A stretch of 64,000 nucleotides of DNA from Anaerolineae bacterium (GTDB taxonomy: Bacteria; Chloroflexota; Anaerolineae; Aggregatilineales; UBA3940), in the NCBI GenBank assembly GCA_034434995.1, contig DAOTYF010000017.1:20060-84059 (forward strand), written 5' to 3'. A program made the translations under genes and the position numbers. The notes below the pieces were generated by a model that saw only the letters and a list, made by a program, of their open reading frames with translations, did no database searches and was not told the origin of the DNA. Positions 8,966 to 18,121 of the stretch are shown here, piece by piece. How positions within the stretch are numbered: the first letter of the stretch is position 1; each line of letters opens with the position of its first letter.

Positions 8966-9172
8966 ATGGCTGATCGCGACTGCCCCTATCTGGAAAAGTG
9001 TCCGATCTTCGCCCAGTTCAAGCGGTACGCGCAGAAGGTGTACATGGATATGTACTGCCAGGGTGATTTCCAGCGCTGCAGACGCCACCAGCTACGTACC
9101 GCCGGTCAGGATGTTCCGCCCGATCTGATGCCATACGGCGGCCTTGCCTGGGAAAAGTTACAACGCCAGTAG
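8966..9172 (+). CDS. Small Cys-rich putative metal-binding protein
   Basis: 68 aa with C-x5-C...YC-x6-C. Fills the gap between a promoter region and the rmlA stop. Confidence 0.6.
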   Translation: MADRDCPYLEKCPIFAQFKRYAQKVYMDMYCQGDFQRCRRHQLRTAGQDVPPDLMPYGGLAWEKLQRQ

Positions 9173-9206
9173 CCCAGCCTTCCGCACAAGATCGAGGGAT
9201 GAGGAT

Positions 9207-10274
9207 CTAGGGCCACCACAGCCGGCTGTGGTCGCCCAGGTTCATCTTGAGCGAGCGCGGTTTGCGTTGGTCGTACTTGAGCGTGGCGTAACGCCCGATC
9301 AGACTATCTTCGATGCGGATGGGTAGGTGCAGAATGCGACTGTGCTCCAGCACGATACAGCGTGCCAGCTCGCTGCCCTCTATGGTCACATCGTGGTAAA
9401 TGCTCGTGTACGGCCCCACGAAGCTATCTTTGATCACCGTTCGTTCACCGATGATGGAGGGGCCGCGCACGACGCTGTTGATGATCTGCGCGCCCTCCTG
9501 CACCGTCACCCGTGCGTCCACCTGCGATGCCTCATCCACCGTGCCAGCAATATAGGGTGGAAGCTCCTCCAGCACGTACGAGTTCGCTTCCAGCATATCG
9601 GTGGGTTTCCCGGTATCAATCCACCAGCCTTTATGGACATACGGGAAAACCCGATACCCGTTTGACACAAGCCACTGGATTGCATCCGTGATCTCCAGTT
9701 CGCCGCGCCAGGAGGGCTGGATCGCCTCCACCGCCTCAAACACGTGGGAGTCAAACATGTAAATACCAACCAACGCCAGGTTGGAGGAAGGCTCCTTGGG
9801 CTTCTCGATCAGCCGTCTGATCTGGCCGTCACCGTTGAGTTCCGCCACGCCAAAGTGCTCCGGGTCGGGCACCTCCTTCAGTACGATCTGGCCGTTCCAG
9901 TCACTCGATGCAAACTGTTGGATGAGGAGGCCGATCCCGCCTTGAATGACATTATCGCCCAGGAACATCACGAATCGCTCATCGCCCAGAAAATCGCGCG
10001 ACACCTTGACCGCGTGCGCCAGCCCCAGCGGCGCCTCCTGCGGGATGTACTCGACATGCACACCCCATCTGCCGCCGTCACCGACCGCCTCTCGAATCTC
10101 CGGCCCCGTGTCCCCGATCACGATCCCGATCTCGCTGATCCCTGCATCGCGGATGCACTCGATAACCCGGATCAGCACGGGCTTGTTCGCCACTGGGATC
10201 AACTGCTTGGCGCGGGTGTAGGTGAGCGGGTACAGGCGGGTGCCTTTTCCCCCGGACAGGATCAGTCCCTTCAT
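9207..10274 (-). CDS. rfbA: Glucose-1-phosphate thymidylyltransferase, long form
   Basis: GGKGTRLYPLT, KQLIPVANKP, RGELEITDAI, plus a C-terminal hexapeptide-like tail. Confidence 0.95.
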   Translation of the reverse strand: MKGLILSGGKGTRLYPLTYTRAKQLIPVANKPVLIRVIECIRDAGISEIGIVIGDTGPEIREAVGDGGRWGVHVEYIPQEAPLGLAHAVKVSRDFLGDERFVMFLGDNVIQGGIGLLIQQFASSDWNGQIVLKEVPDPEHFGVAELNGDGQIRRLIEKPKEPSSNLALVGIYMFDSHVFEAVEAIQPSWRGELEITDAIQWLVSNGYRVFPYVHKGWWIDTGKPTDMLEANSYVLEELPPYIAGTVDEASQVDARVTVQEGAQIINSVVRGPSIIGERTVIKDSFVGPYTSIYHDVTIEGSELARCIVLEHSRILHLPIRIEDSLIGRYATLKYDQRKPRSLKMNLGDHSRLWWP

Positions 10275-10391
10275 GCGCGTCTCCCCATCAATGTACAGAA
10301 TGGAAGCCCACGAACGACACGAGCGGCGCGAATTGGTCGCCTGAATGAGTGGCCTTCGTGCATTCGTCGATCAATCTCATACATGGCTTGT

Positions 10392-11546
10392 CTAAGGCGC
10401 GTCCTCCTGCTGGTCCGGCTGACGCGGCGCGTCCGGCGGTGGGGAGTGGGGAGGCGTCCTTGACGAGGATGAGGGCCGAGTCGCCTCAGCATCCATATCA
10501 GCGCTTCCTGAGGCGGGCGCGGCCTCTTCGCTCGAAGCCCCTGCGCCCAACGCCTCTGCCCGAATCTGCGCTAACTGCTCCCTTGAGATCAACATCGCCG
10601 GCTTGGAGTCGACAAACGGATCGCGGGCGGCTGCCAGCTCGCCTTCGCGTGGCGCCTCGCTAACCGACTCCGGCTCTTCGCTATCCGAGAGCCATACCGG
10701 GTGGCGCGGCAGGCGAGAGAGGTCTTCGCCATCCATGGCCCGGCGGATCAGCGCCCCGGCCCGCACCCCACGCCAACGCAGCATCGCCGCGCCGACCTCC
10801 GCATCGGCATGGGATGGCCCTGCTCCTACGTATCCCGGCCAGTCCTGCATGTTGTACATCTGATGCCATTCCAACGTGCGGAGCGTCCGGTACATGGGAT
10901 CGACCAGCTCCGGGCGCAGATGCAACATCAAGGACGTTTCGAACATCGAAGCGTGGATGCTGCCCTTTAGCGCGACTTCCTCCTGGGTGGTAAGAGGGCG
11001 GCCCAGCAGGGTCGCCAGGCCGGGCGTCACATCGAGCGCAGCCCCGGCCATGACGTACCCGCACGCTTCATACATCACCAGGCCAGGATGGCGCTGGCGC
11101 ATCTCGGCACACAACTCGTCCAGCGCCACGTGTTGGCCTGCCCCGCCATGAAAGCTGAGCGGGAAGATATACCCGAACCCATACCGGATCAGATGTTCCG
11201 CAATATCCGCCACCAGGGCCTTGAGCGTCGCCGCGCTGATCCACACACTGCCGGCGCCCCGGAACAGTTCTTCGCGCCGAGAGTCCACTGGATCGGTACC
11301 GAAGGGCAGCATCGGAAGCAGCAGCACATGAAGCCCCCGGTCGTTTTCCAGCAGCCACGAAGCCGCCGCCAGCGCCAGCGCCTCGACTGCATAGTTATCC
11401 GTGCCGAGCGGCAGGTGCTCGCCGTGCTCTTCAACCATCCCAACCGGCAGGAGCACCGCCGTTCGCCGCCGATCCAAGGCGCGTAATTTCTTGAGCGTGA
11501 TCTCATCCAGCCGGTGCAGCCGTGTGTGCGTCAGTGACGCGACCAT
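10392..11546 (-). CDS. Creatininase/creatinine amidohydrolase family protein with low-complexity C-tail
   Basis: EEHGEHLPLGTD, FHGG and HASMFETS motifs. Confidence 0.88.
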   Translation of the reverse strand: MVASLTHTRLHRLDEITLKKLRALDRRRTAVLLPVGMVEEHGEHLPLGTDNYAVEALALAAASWLLENDRGLHVLLLPMLPFGTDPVDSRREELFRGAGSVWISAATLKALVADIAEHLIRYGFGYIFPLSFHGGAGQHVALDELCAEMRQRHPGLVMYEACGYVMAGAALDVTPGLATLLGRPLTTQEEVALKGSIHASMFETSLMLHLRPELVDPMYRTLRTLEWHQMYNMQDWPGYVGAGPSHADAEVGAAMLRWRGVRAGALIRRAMDGEDLSRLPRHPVWLSDSEEPESVSEAPREGELAAARDPFVDSKPAMLISREQLAQIRAEALGAGASSEEAAPASGSADMDAEATRPSSSSRTPPHSPPPDAPRQPDQQEDAP

Positions 11547-11717
11547 GTTCGTGTGCTCCTGTCCTCATTCTTCCAGGAGTTACGCAGTTGGCCCCCTGAC
11601 CAGAGGCTCGAAGCCCCCTTACCTTCCCTGGCCTTTCAACTGCATAAGCCCCATCTTCATAAGATGGCAGAGGCAGACCCGTCTGTCTGCCCCCTTGCCG
11701 AGTTACCCTCTGCGTTC

Positions 11718-12374
11718 CTAGCCATAATACCCGCCCAACTGCACGTCCACCTGGGCATTGGTCAGCACCGTGCCCACGATCCGCACGCCGACTCGCTCCA
11801 GCAGTTCTTTAGCCCGTTCAGCATGGTCACGCCGCGTGCTACGTGCCCGCAGCACCAGCAGCACCCCGTCCAACTTGGCCGCCAGCAGCGTCGCATCGGT
11901 GACGGCGATCACGGGCGGCGCATCGAACAGCACCATATCGGCCCTTTTCTTGAGCTGCCCCACGATCTCGTCCATGCGGGGCGAGCCGAGCAGGTCGGCA
12001 GGGTTGGAGGGCAGCGGCCCGCTGGTGAGCACTTTGAGGTTTTCCACCCCCACATCAATCAATGGTGGTTCCTTGAGTCCTTCTAACACCATTGTCGTCA
12101 ACCCCGGCTCGCGCGCAATTCCCCATAGATCGTGCTGGTTGGGTCGCCGCAGGTCGCAATCAACGAGAATCGTCTTCTTGCCACCTTGAGCCAGCGTCAC
12201 GGCGAGGTTTGCCAATGCCGTGCTCTTTCCCTCTTCCGGGGCCGGGCTGGTGACCACCAAGGTATGCAGCGGCTCCCGCAACCCAGAGAAGATCAGGTTC
12301 GTCCGCAACGTTCGATATGCCTCGCTGGCAGGCGAGCGGGGATGGGTCAGGGTAACCAGGTTCGCTTGTGCCAT
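11718..12374 (-). CDS. CpsD/CapB-family bacterial tyrosine kinase
   Basis: SEAYRTLRTN, Walker A PEEGKST, VDCDLRRP, DAPPV, terminal YYG. Confidence 0.93.
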   Translation of the reverse strand: MAQANLVTLTHPRSPASEAYRTLRTNLIFSGLREPLHTLVVTSPAPEEGKSTALANLAVTLAQGGKKTILVDCDLRRPNQHDLWGIAREPGLTTMVLEGLKEPPLIDVGVENLKVLTSGPLPSNPADLLGSPRMDEIVGQLKKRADMVLFDAPPVIAVTDATLLAAKLDGVLLVLRARSTRRDHAERAKELLERVGVRIVGTVLTNAQVDVQLGGYYG

Positions 12375-12419
12375 CGTTCCTCTCTTAAGTCGCTTGGGCG
12401 GATAGCGACTGGCCGATAG

Positions 12420-13046
12420 CTAATCGCTAACTGCTTTCTCAATTGGCTGCCGGATCACTGTCCTGAGCTTCTCCGGGGCAGTGCGGCGCGGATCGCCCAG
12501 GTAGATCTCGTGATGCCTGCCGCGCGGGATGTAACCGTTGTCATCAATGTAGGCGTGCAGGCGGTCAATGGTTGGCTTCTCCGCCGAGTATGGCCCCCGG
12601 TGCATGATCTGAGCCGACAACCCCTCGTGGAAGCGCTCAAAACGCAGGGCGCTCAGAGCGGGCAACTCCTTCTTGCGCGCGGCCCCCTTCACTGCTTCCT
12701 CAACGTGCGCCTGCGACACCTCATCCGGCTGCATGATCATGGATGTCCAGTGCCAGCTATCCTTGTCAGAGTCGTACTCGAATCGAGTCAGGTCACCTAC
12801 CCACCACAACCCTTCCAGTGGCATGACGGTGTAGTCCATCTCGCCGCGCTTCTTCAGCAGGAACTTGAGGGTGAATGCCACCGAGTACAGCGTCACCATG
12901 GCAGCCTGGTAAGCTGGCGCGGTGTTCGGATCGCCCACCCCATCGACCATCAGGAAGTTCATCGGCGGTACATCCACCACTGATACCTGTTTGTCCGATG
13001 GGCCATACAGGTGAGCCAAGGTTTTCTTGTGGTCTATCGTACCCAT
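12420..13046 (-). CDS. GyrI-like small-molecule-binding domain protein
   Basis: PLEGLWW, HRGPY, HHEIYLGDPRR. Start placed at MGTID, which has an SD. Confidence 0.88.
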   Translation of the reverse strand: MGTIDHKKTLAHLYGPSDKQVSVVDVPPMNFLMVDGVGDPNTAPAYQAAMVTLYSVAFTLKFLLKKRGEMDYTVMPLEGLWWVGDLTRFEYDSDKDSWHWTSMIMQPDEVSQAHVEEAVKGAARKKELPALSALRFERFHEGLSAQIMHRGPYSAEKPTIDRLHAYIDDNGYIPRGRHHEIYLGDPRRTAPEKLRTVIRQPIEKAVSD

Positions 13047-13105
13047 ACGCTCTGCCCCCTCTATGCTACCGAGCAACTCGTGGGCTGGCTTGACGCCGTC
13101 AGGGG

Positions 13106-13771
13106 CTAATGCTCCGCCGGCGGGATCGCGCCGAGCACTGGCATCGCCAAGAACCGATCCACATCCTCCCTCGACCGGATCACTCCTGACTCCAGGTACT
13201 CTAATACAAACACGATCCCCATTCCAACCAGGAAACCCAGAATCCCGCCTGCCGCCGTGTTGATCTTGGTATTGGGCCGATCAAGCACGTAGCGCGGGTC
13301 GTCAATGATCTGTGCATCAATGCGATCCTCGCGCCGGACTTTCTGGTTTTCCTCGTTGCGCCATTGGATGAACAGATCGGCCCAAGTGCGGGCGATGTCA
13401 TTGGCGACATCACCGTTGCCATTTTCGACATCGATCTGGATCACCAACCGCGAGTCGTCGCTGGCAATGGTCACGTCACTTCGCAGCTCCTCTGGGAGCA
13501 TGTCAAGTTGCAGCACATCGATCACGTCGGCGGCACGATAGTTGCTATCCATCCACGCCACGTAGGAACGCAGCAGGGTCTTGGCTGCCTGCGCCTGCCC
13601 AAAATCCGTCCGTGCAGGCTGGACAAGGATCAGGATGGTAGACTTGTAGACAGGATCGCGTTCTTCCTTGATGGCGCTGAATGCAAATGCCGCCACCGCC
13701 GCGATCACTGCCAGCGCCAGCATGATCCAGCCACGCCGCCATAGAATACGCGCATAGGTCTGGAGCTGCAT
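13106..13771 (-). CDS. Wzz/CpsC-like polysaccharide chain-length determinant
   Basis: Two TM segments flanking an extracellular domain. C-terminal LEYLESGVIRSREDV...PVLGAIP. Confidence 0.88.
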   Translation of the reverse strand: MQLQTYARILWRRGWIMLALAVIAAVAAFAFSAIKEERDPVYKSTILILVQPARTDFGQAQAAKTLLRSYVAWMDSNYRAADVIDVLQLDMLPEELRSDVTIASDDSRLVIQIDVENGNGDVANDIARTWADLFIQWRNEENQKVRREDRIDAQIIDDPRYVLDRPNTKINTAAGGILGFLVGMGIVFVLEYLESGVIRSREDVDRFLAMPVLGAIPPAEH

Positions 13772-13791
13772 TCCGAAACCCTCCGATTACC

Positions 13792-14487
13792 TCACTGCCG
13801 CCCGCTCTGCGGCGGGATTTCCGCCAGCACAGCTAATCCCATTGCCTCGACCTCCGCCCGCTCACGCAGGGACGGGTCAAGGTATTCCACCAAAAACGCC
13901 AGCCCGACACCCGCTGCCACGCCCAGCCCGAACCGGATCAGCGGGTTGAGCCGGGCGCTCAGCGGTGGCGGCACAGGCACGACGGTCGGATCGTCCAGCG
14001 CCACCACCTCCAGCCCCCCTGCCCCGATCTGCGGGAAGTATGTCCCGCTGCGATCCTGGAGCACCGTCGTGGCTGCACCCGCGATGTCCGCAAGCTGGTC
14101 GGCGTCACGCCAGTTGAGGGTCAGCACCATGACGCTGCGCTCATTATCAGAGATGACAGCTCCTTGTAGCGCCCCGGCGGGAATCTCGACGCCCTGTGCG
14201 GCCAACTGTGCACTGACCTCCTCTGAAAAGGTGCTGGTCTTCACCCAATCCGTCAGCGCGTTGACCACATACTCCGAGGCCAGCCAGGGGTAGTAACTGC
14301 TGTCCTCATAGCTGCGCCTCCCCCTATCCGGGGGCTGTGCAGCGGTAAACCGGATGCTGGTGGAATACCCACCAACCGGCGGCATTCTGAGGGTCAGATA
14401 GCTCGCGTAGGCCAGCGCCACGAGGCTGGGCAACAGGATCAGCCACCAGCGCCGCCGCGCGATCTTCCATAGTTGCCTCAGTTCCAT
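13792..14487 (-). CDS. Second Wzz/CpsC-like protein
   Basis: MELRQLWKIARRRWWLI...FLVEYLDPSLR...VLAEIP. Confidence 0.85.
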   Translation of the reverse strand: MELRQLWKIARRRWWLILLPSLVALAYASYLTLRMPPVGGYSTSIRFTAAQPPDRGRRSYEDSSYYPWLASEYVVNALTDWVKTSTFSEEVSAQLAAQGVEIPAGALQGAVISDNERSVMVLTLNWRDADQLADIAGAATTVLQDRSGTYFPQIGAGGLEVVALDDPTVVPVPPPLSARLNPLIRFGLGVAAGVGLAFLVEYLDPSLRERAEVEAMGLAVLAEIPPQSGRQ

Positions 14488-14500
14488 TGAGTCACCCCTG

Positions 14501-15607
14501 TCAGTGAACCCTCTTCTTCCGGCGCTCATCGTACCGTGCTTCGACGAAGCCCGCCAGTTCCCGCCGGAACACGGAGGCATCGAACCGTTGTGCGTTAGTG
14601 CGGCACTTCGCTGGGCTGAATGCCATCCCCTCGAAGCGCCGGATCGCGTCGCACAGGCTCTCGACCGTCTGCGCGTCGAAGAACAGACCGGTCTCTCCCT
14701 CGATCACTGTATCCAGCGACCCGCCACCTCGGAAGGCGATCACGGGGCGGCCTGCCGCCTGGGCCTCGACGGGGGCGATCCCGAAATCCTCCAGGCCGGG
14801 AAAGAGAAACGCTTTGCAGCGGGCCATCAGGTCTGGCAAATCCGCGTCGGGCACACGGCCCAGGAACTCGACCGTCGGCCCGGCTAGTGATTCCAGCCGT
14901 GCGCGGTCGCGCCCATCCCCGGCGACCAGCAGCCGCACGCCGAGCCGCGTACATGCCTGCACTGCCAAATCGACCCGCTTGTAGGGGATTAAACGCGACA
15001 CGACCAGAAAGTAGTCATCTACCCAGTCAGCGGGCGCGTACCGATCCGTATCCACCGGCGGATAGATGACCACCGAATCCCGCCGGTAAAAGCGGGCGAT
15101 CCGCTCTCTGATCTCCGTTGAGATGGCGATGAAATGATCCACGCGCTGTGCGGCGTCGTAATCCCACTTCCGCAGCCGTGCGATCACGGGGCGGAGGATC
15201 ATCGCCGCGCGGTTGGAGAGCCGCTCCCGCGCCACATACTCCGCGAACTGCCACACGTAGCGCGTCGGCGCCAGGCAGTAACAGACATGCAGCGCGCCCC
15301 CCGCATGGACACCGTGGCAGAAGCCGCTCTTGTTGGAGAGGACGATCTCGTAGCCGCTCAAGTCCAGATTCTGGAAGGCCAGTGGATAGAGCGGCAGGTA
15401 CGGCTGGTGATGGGCATGGATTCCCGGCAACCGATCCATCCATGTCGTGCGGATGTCCCACGCCTGGTACGCCTCCGGCATCCGGTCCGGGGCATATATC
15501 GACGTGTACACGGGCGCACCGGCGTAGAGTTCAACCAGCGATTCCAGCACCGCCTCGGCGCCGCCGATCTGGTTCAGCCAGTCATGGACGAGGGCCACAG
15601 ATGGCAC
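14501..15607 (-). CDS. Glycosyltransferase family 4
   Basis: VHDWLNQIGGAE, SRLIPYKRVDL, EDFGIAPVEAQAAG. Confidence 0.95.
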   Translation of the reverse strand: MPSVALVHDWLNQIGGAEAVLESLVELYAGAPVYTSIYAPDRMPEAYQAWDIRTTWMDRLPGIHAHHQPYLPLYPLAFQNLDLSGYEIVLSNKSGFCHGVHAGGALHVCYCLAPTRYVWQFAEYVARERLSNRAAMILRPVIARLRKWDYDAAQRVDHFIAISTEIRERIARFYRRDSVVIYPPVDTDRYAPADWVDDYFLVVSRLIPYKRVDLAVQACTRLGVRLLVAGDGRDRARLESLAGPTVEFLGRVPDADLPDLMARCKAFLFPGLEDFGIAPVEAQAAGRPVIAFRGGGSLDTVIEGETGLFFDAQTVESLCDAIRRFEGMAFSPAKCRTNAQRFDASVFRRELAGFVEARYDERRKKRVH

Positions 15608-16244
15608 GCTCGGCCTCCACGATCAGGCGGGCGGCAACAGGCGCAAAACTGCGGCGATGGATGGCGCACGGGCCGCGCTCCCGCAACGCCGCGCGATGGG
15701 CTGCCGTCCCGTAACCCTTATGGCGGGCAAAACCATAGCCAGGATACTTCGCGTCCAGGCTGACCATCAACCGGTCGCGCGCCACCTTTGCCACGATGCT
15801 GGCTGCTGCAACACTCAACGAGACCTGATCCCCTTTACAGATTGCCTGCTGGGGAAGCCGAACCTCACGCAACCGCAGCCAGTCGATCAGCAGTGCCTCG
15901 GCGGGGACGGCCAGCGCCTTGACCGCCCGGCGCATGGCGAGCCGCGTCGCGGCAGCGATGCCCATCCTGTCCACTTCCTCAGCAGAGGCGACCCCAACAG
16001 CCGTCGCCAGCGCAACGGTGCAGATGGTGCCAAAATGGGCCTCTCGTTGATTCGGCGTGCATAGCTTGCTATCGCGCACCCCGCCTAGCGCAGCCAGCAG
16101 GTCGGCTCGATCCAGCGGCAGGATAGCTGCCCCGGCCACAACCGGCCCGGCCCACGCGCCGCGCCCCGCCTCATCCAGGCCGGCGATGCGCGTATATCCC
16201 CGCGCCACCAGCGCGCGTTCGTATTCCAGATGAGGGTTGATCAT
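15582..16244 (-). CDS. rnhB: Ribonuclease HII
   Basis: GLDEAGRGAWAGP, DSK, KGDQVSLSVAAASIVAKV, HKGYGT. Confidence 0.96.
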   Translation of the reverse strand: MINPHLEYERALVARGYTRIAGLDEAGRGAWAGPVVAGAAILPLDRADLLAALGGVRDSKLCTPNQREAHFGTICTVALATAVGVASAEEVDRMGIAAATRLAMRRAVKALAVPAEALLIDWLRLREVRLPQQAICKGDQVSLSVAAASIVAKVARDRLMVSLDAKYPGYGFARHKGYGTAAHRAALRERGPCAIHRRSFAPVAARLIVEAERAICGPRP

Positions 16245-17047
16245 GGGTCGCGCCCTGAGTTTGGCTCCCCCTGCTCTGCACGGCGAAGAGGGGAGCCGGG
16301 AGTGTCTGGTTCCTGTTCATACACTCCCCGCCAGGCATTGAGCCGCACCTTCAGGATTTCCAGCACCATCTTGACCGAGTCGCGGATCGGGCTGACCCGG
16401 CTCTGTGCCTTGTAATACCATGTGACGGGCACTTCAACCAGCGCATACCCATGTCGCAGCGCGATGAACAACACCTCCACATCGAACCCCCAACCGTCAA
16501 TGGTCTGCCGGGCGAACACATCCTGAGCCACCTCGCGCCGGAACGCCTTGAACCCGCACTGCGTATCCTGGATGCGCGGGATCGCCAGCAGACGCACGAT
16601 CAGGTTAAACACCCGACCCATCAGGTGGCGATACTCTGGCTCGCCGACCCTCCGCGAACCGGGAATCTCGCGGCTGGCAATCGCCACGTCATAACCATCG
16701 ATATGGGGCGGCACGAACTTGCTCACCTCCTCCACCGGCATGGAGAAATCGGCATCGCAGAACATTAGATAGTAGCCGCTGGCGGCTAACATTCCCGCGC
16801 GGACGGCAGCGCCCTTGCCCTGACGCGGCTCGTGCAGAGCGCGGGCGAATGGGTGCTGCTGCGCAAACTGCTCAGCGATCTCGCCCGTCCGATCCCGCGA
16901 GTTATTGTTGACGACGATGACCTCAATAGGGTAGCTCTGGGTCGCCACAAACTGCACAACCTGTTCGAGGCTTTCGGGAAGGCGGCTTTCTTCGTTGTAC
17001 GCCGGGATGATGATTGACAACAGCGGCGTTCGTGCCGGATCGATCAT
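16241..17047 (-). CDS. Polyprenyl-phosphate glycosyltransferase (GT2, Dol-P-Glc synthase-like)
   Basis: IIPAYNEE, QGKGAAVRAG, CDADFS, DTQCGFKAF, WGFDVEVL. Confidence 0.92.
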   Translation of the reverse strand: MIDPARTPLLSIIIPAYNEESRLPESLEQVVQFVATQSYPIEVIVVNNNSRDRTGEIAEQFAQQHPFARALHEPRQGKGAAVRAGMLAASGYYLMFCDADFSMPVEEVSKFVPPHIDGYDVAIASREIPGSRRVGEPEYRHLMGRVFNLIVRLLAIPRIQDTQCGFKAFRREVAQDVFARQTIDGWGFDVEVLFIALRHGYALVEVPVTWYYKAQSRVSPIRDSVKMVLEILKVRLNAWRGVYEQEPDTPGSPLRRAEQGEPNSGRDP

Positions 17048-17134
17048 AAACGATGCTGTTCCTGATAGGATGGCTACCCCCGCCCTGGGGCGGGCGCGGA
17101 CAGATTTTGCCGCAGGATCGTCTATTCTACGAGT

Positions 17135-18121
17135 CTATGTTTGCTTGCCCGTGTCGGAGCGTGGACGCACCGGCGGTGGCGTCAGGATCGACTCAAGGTA
17201 ACCTATGCTCACCGCTCGCCCTGCCTGGATCGCCCGCCGCTTCCGCAGCATCCGGGGAAGGCCCAACAACCCGGCGATCATCCCCCGCAGCGTAGCCCGC
17301 GCCGCCGCTCCCCGCCATGCACGGATCGCGGCCCAGGCTCGCCGTCCCTGCGCCTGGACGATCTCCGGCCAATGCTGGCGCAGCAGCGGGCCGGGGTAGT
17401 TCTTGGCGATGACCCAGATCGTGTTGCGGCCATCGTAGAAGCTGGCCGTCGGGCCGCCACCGGTGGCCGCGAGGTGATGGTAAACCACCGCCTGCGGGGC
17501 GTAGATGCACGTCCACCCGGCAAGCTGTGCCCGCCAGCCGAGGTCCACATCCTCGCAGGAAAAGAAGAAATCATCGTCTAGCACACCCACCTGGTCGAGC
17601 ATCGCCCGCCGGTAGGCTGCCGATCCGCCGCACGCGCTGAAGACGGGTTCCTCGCGGTTGTACTCCGGACCGTCCGGTTGCCACACACCGCGATTGCCCG
17701 GCAGCCCGTCGATGCGATAGAAGTCCCCCGCCGTGTGCAGCCTATCGCGCCGGTCGAACAGCAGCATCTTGCTGGCGACGCTCCCCGCCTCCGGGTGGCG
17801 GTCGAAGACAGCCACCACTTCCTCGATCCAGGTGGGTGCTGCCTGGGTGTCGTTGTTCAGCAGGGTGACGATCTCGCCCTGGGTTGCCTCGATCCCGGCA
17901 TTGCACGCCCCGGTGAAGCCACGATTGCGCGGCAAAGCAATCACGCGCACATCGGGGTAACGCTCCATCAAAAGCTCCCGCGAGCCATCCGCTGAAGCGT
18001 TATCGACGACGATGATCTCCACGCGGGGGTAGGTCTGCGCCCGCAGGGCATCCAGGCACGTTGGCAGATGGGCAACGCCATTCCAGTTGGGGATCACCAC
18101 TGAGACGAGAGGCCGGTTCAA
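17135..18121 (-). CDS. Glycosyltransferase family 2 (WbbL/rhamnosyltransferase-like)
   Basis: VVIPNWNG, VDNASADGS, LLNNDT, FFFSCEDVDLGWRA. TTG start overlaps the rfbD stop. Confidence 0.92.
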   Translation of the reverse strand: MNRPLVSVVIPNWNGVAHLPTCLDALRAQTYPRVEIIVVDNASADGSRELLMERYPDVRVIALPRNRGFTGACNAGIEATQGEIVTLLNNDTQAAPTWIEEVVAVFDRHPEAGSVASKMLLFDRRDRLHTAGDFYRIDGLPGNRGVWQPDGPEYNREEPVFSACGGSAAYRRAMLDQVGVLDDDFFFSCEDVDLGWRAQLAGWTCIYAPQAVVYHHLAATGGGPTASFYDGRNTIWVIAKNYPGPLLRQHWPEIVQAQGRRAWAAIRAWRGAAARATLRGMIAGLLGLPRMLRKRRAIQAGRAVSIGYLESILTPPPVRPRSDTGKQT

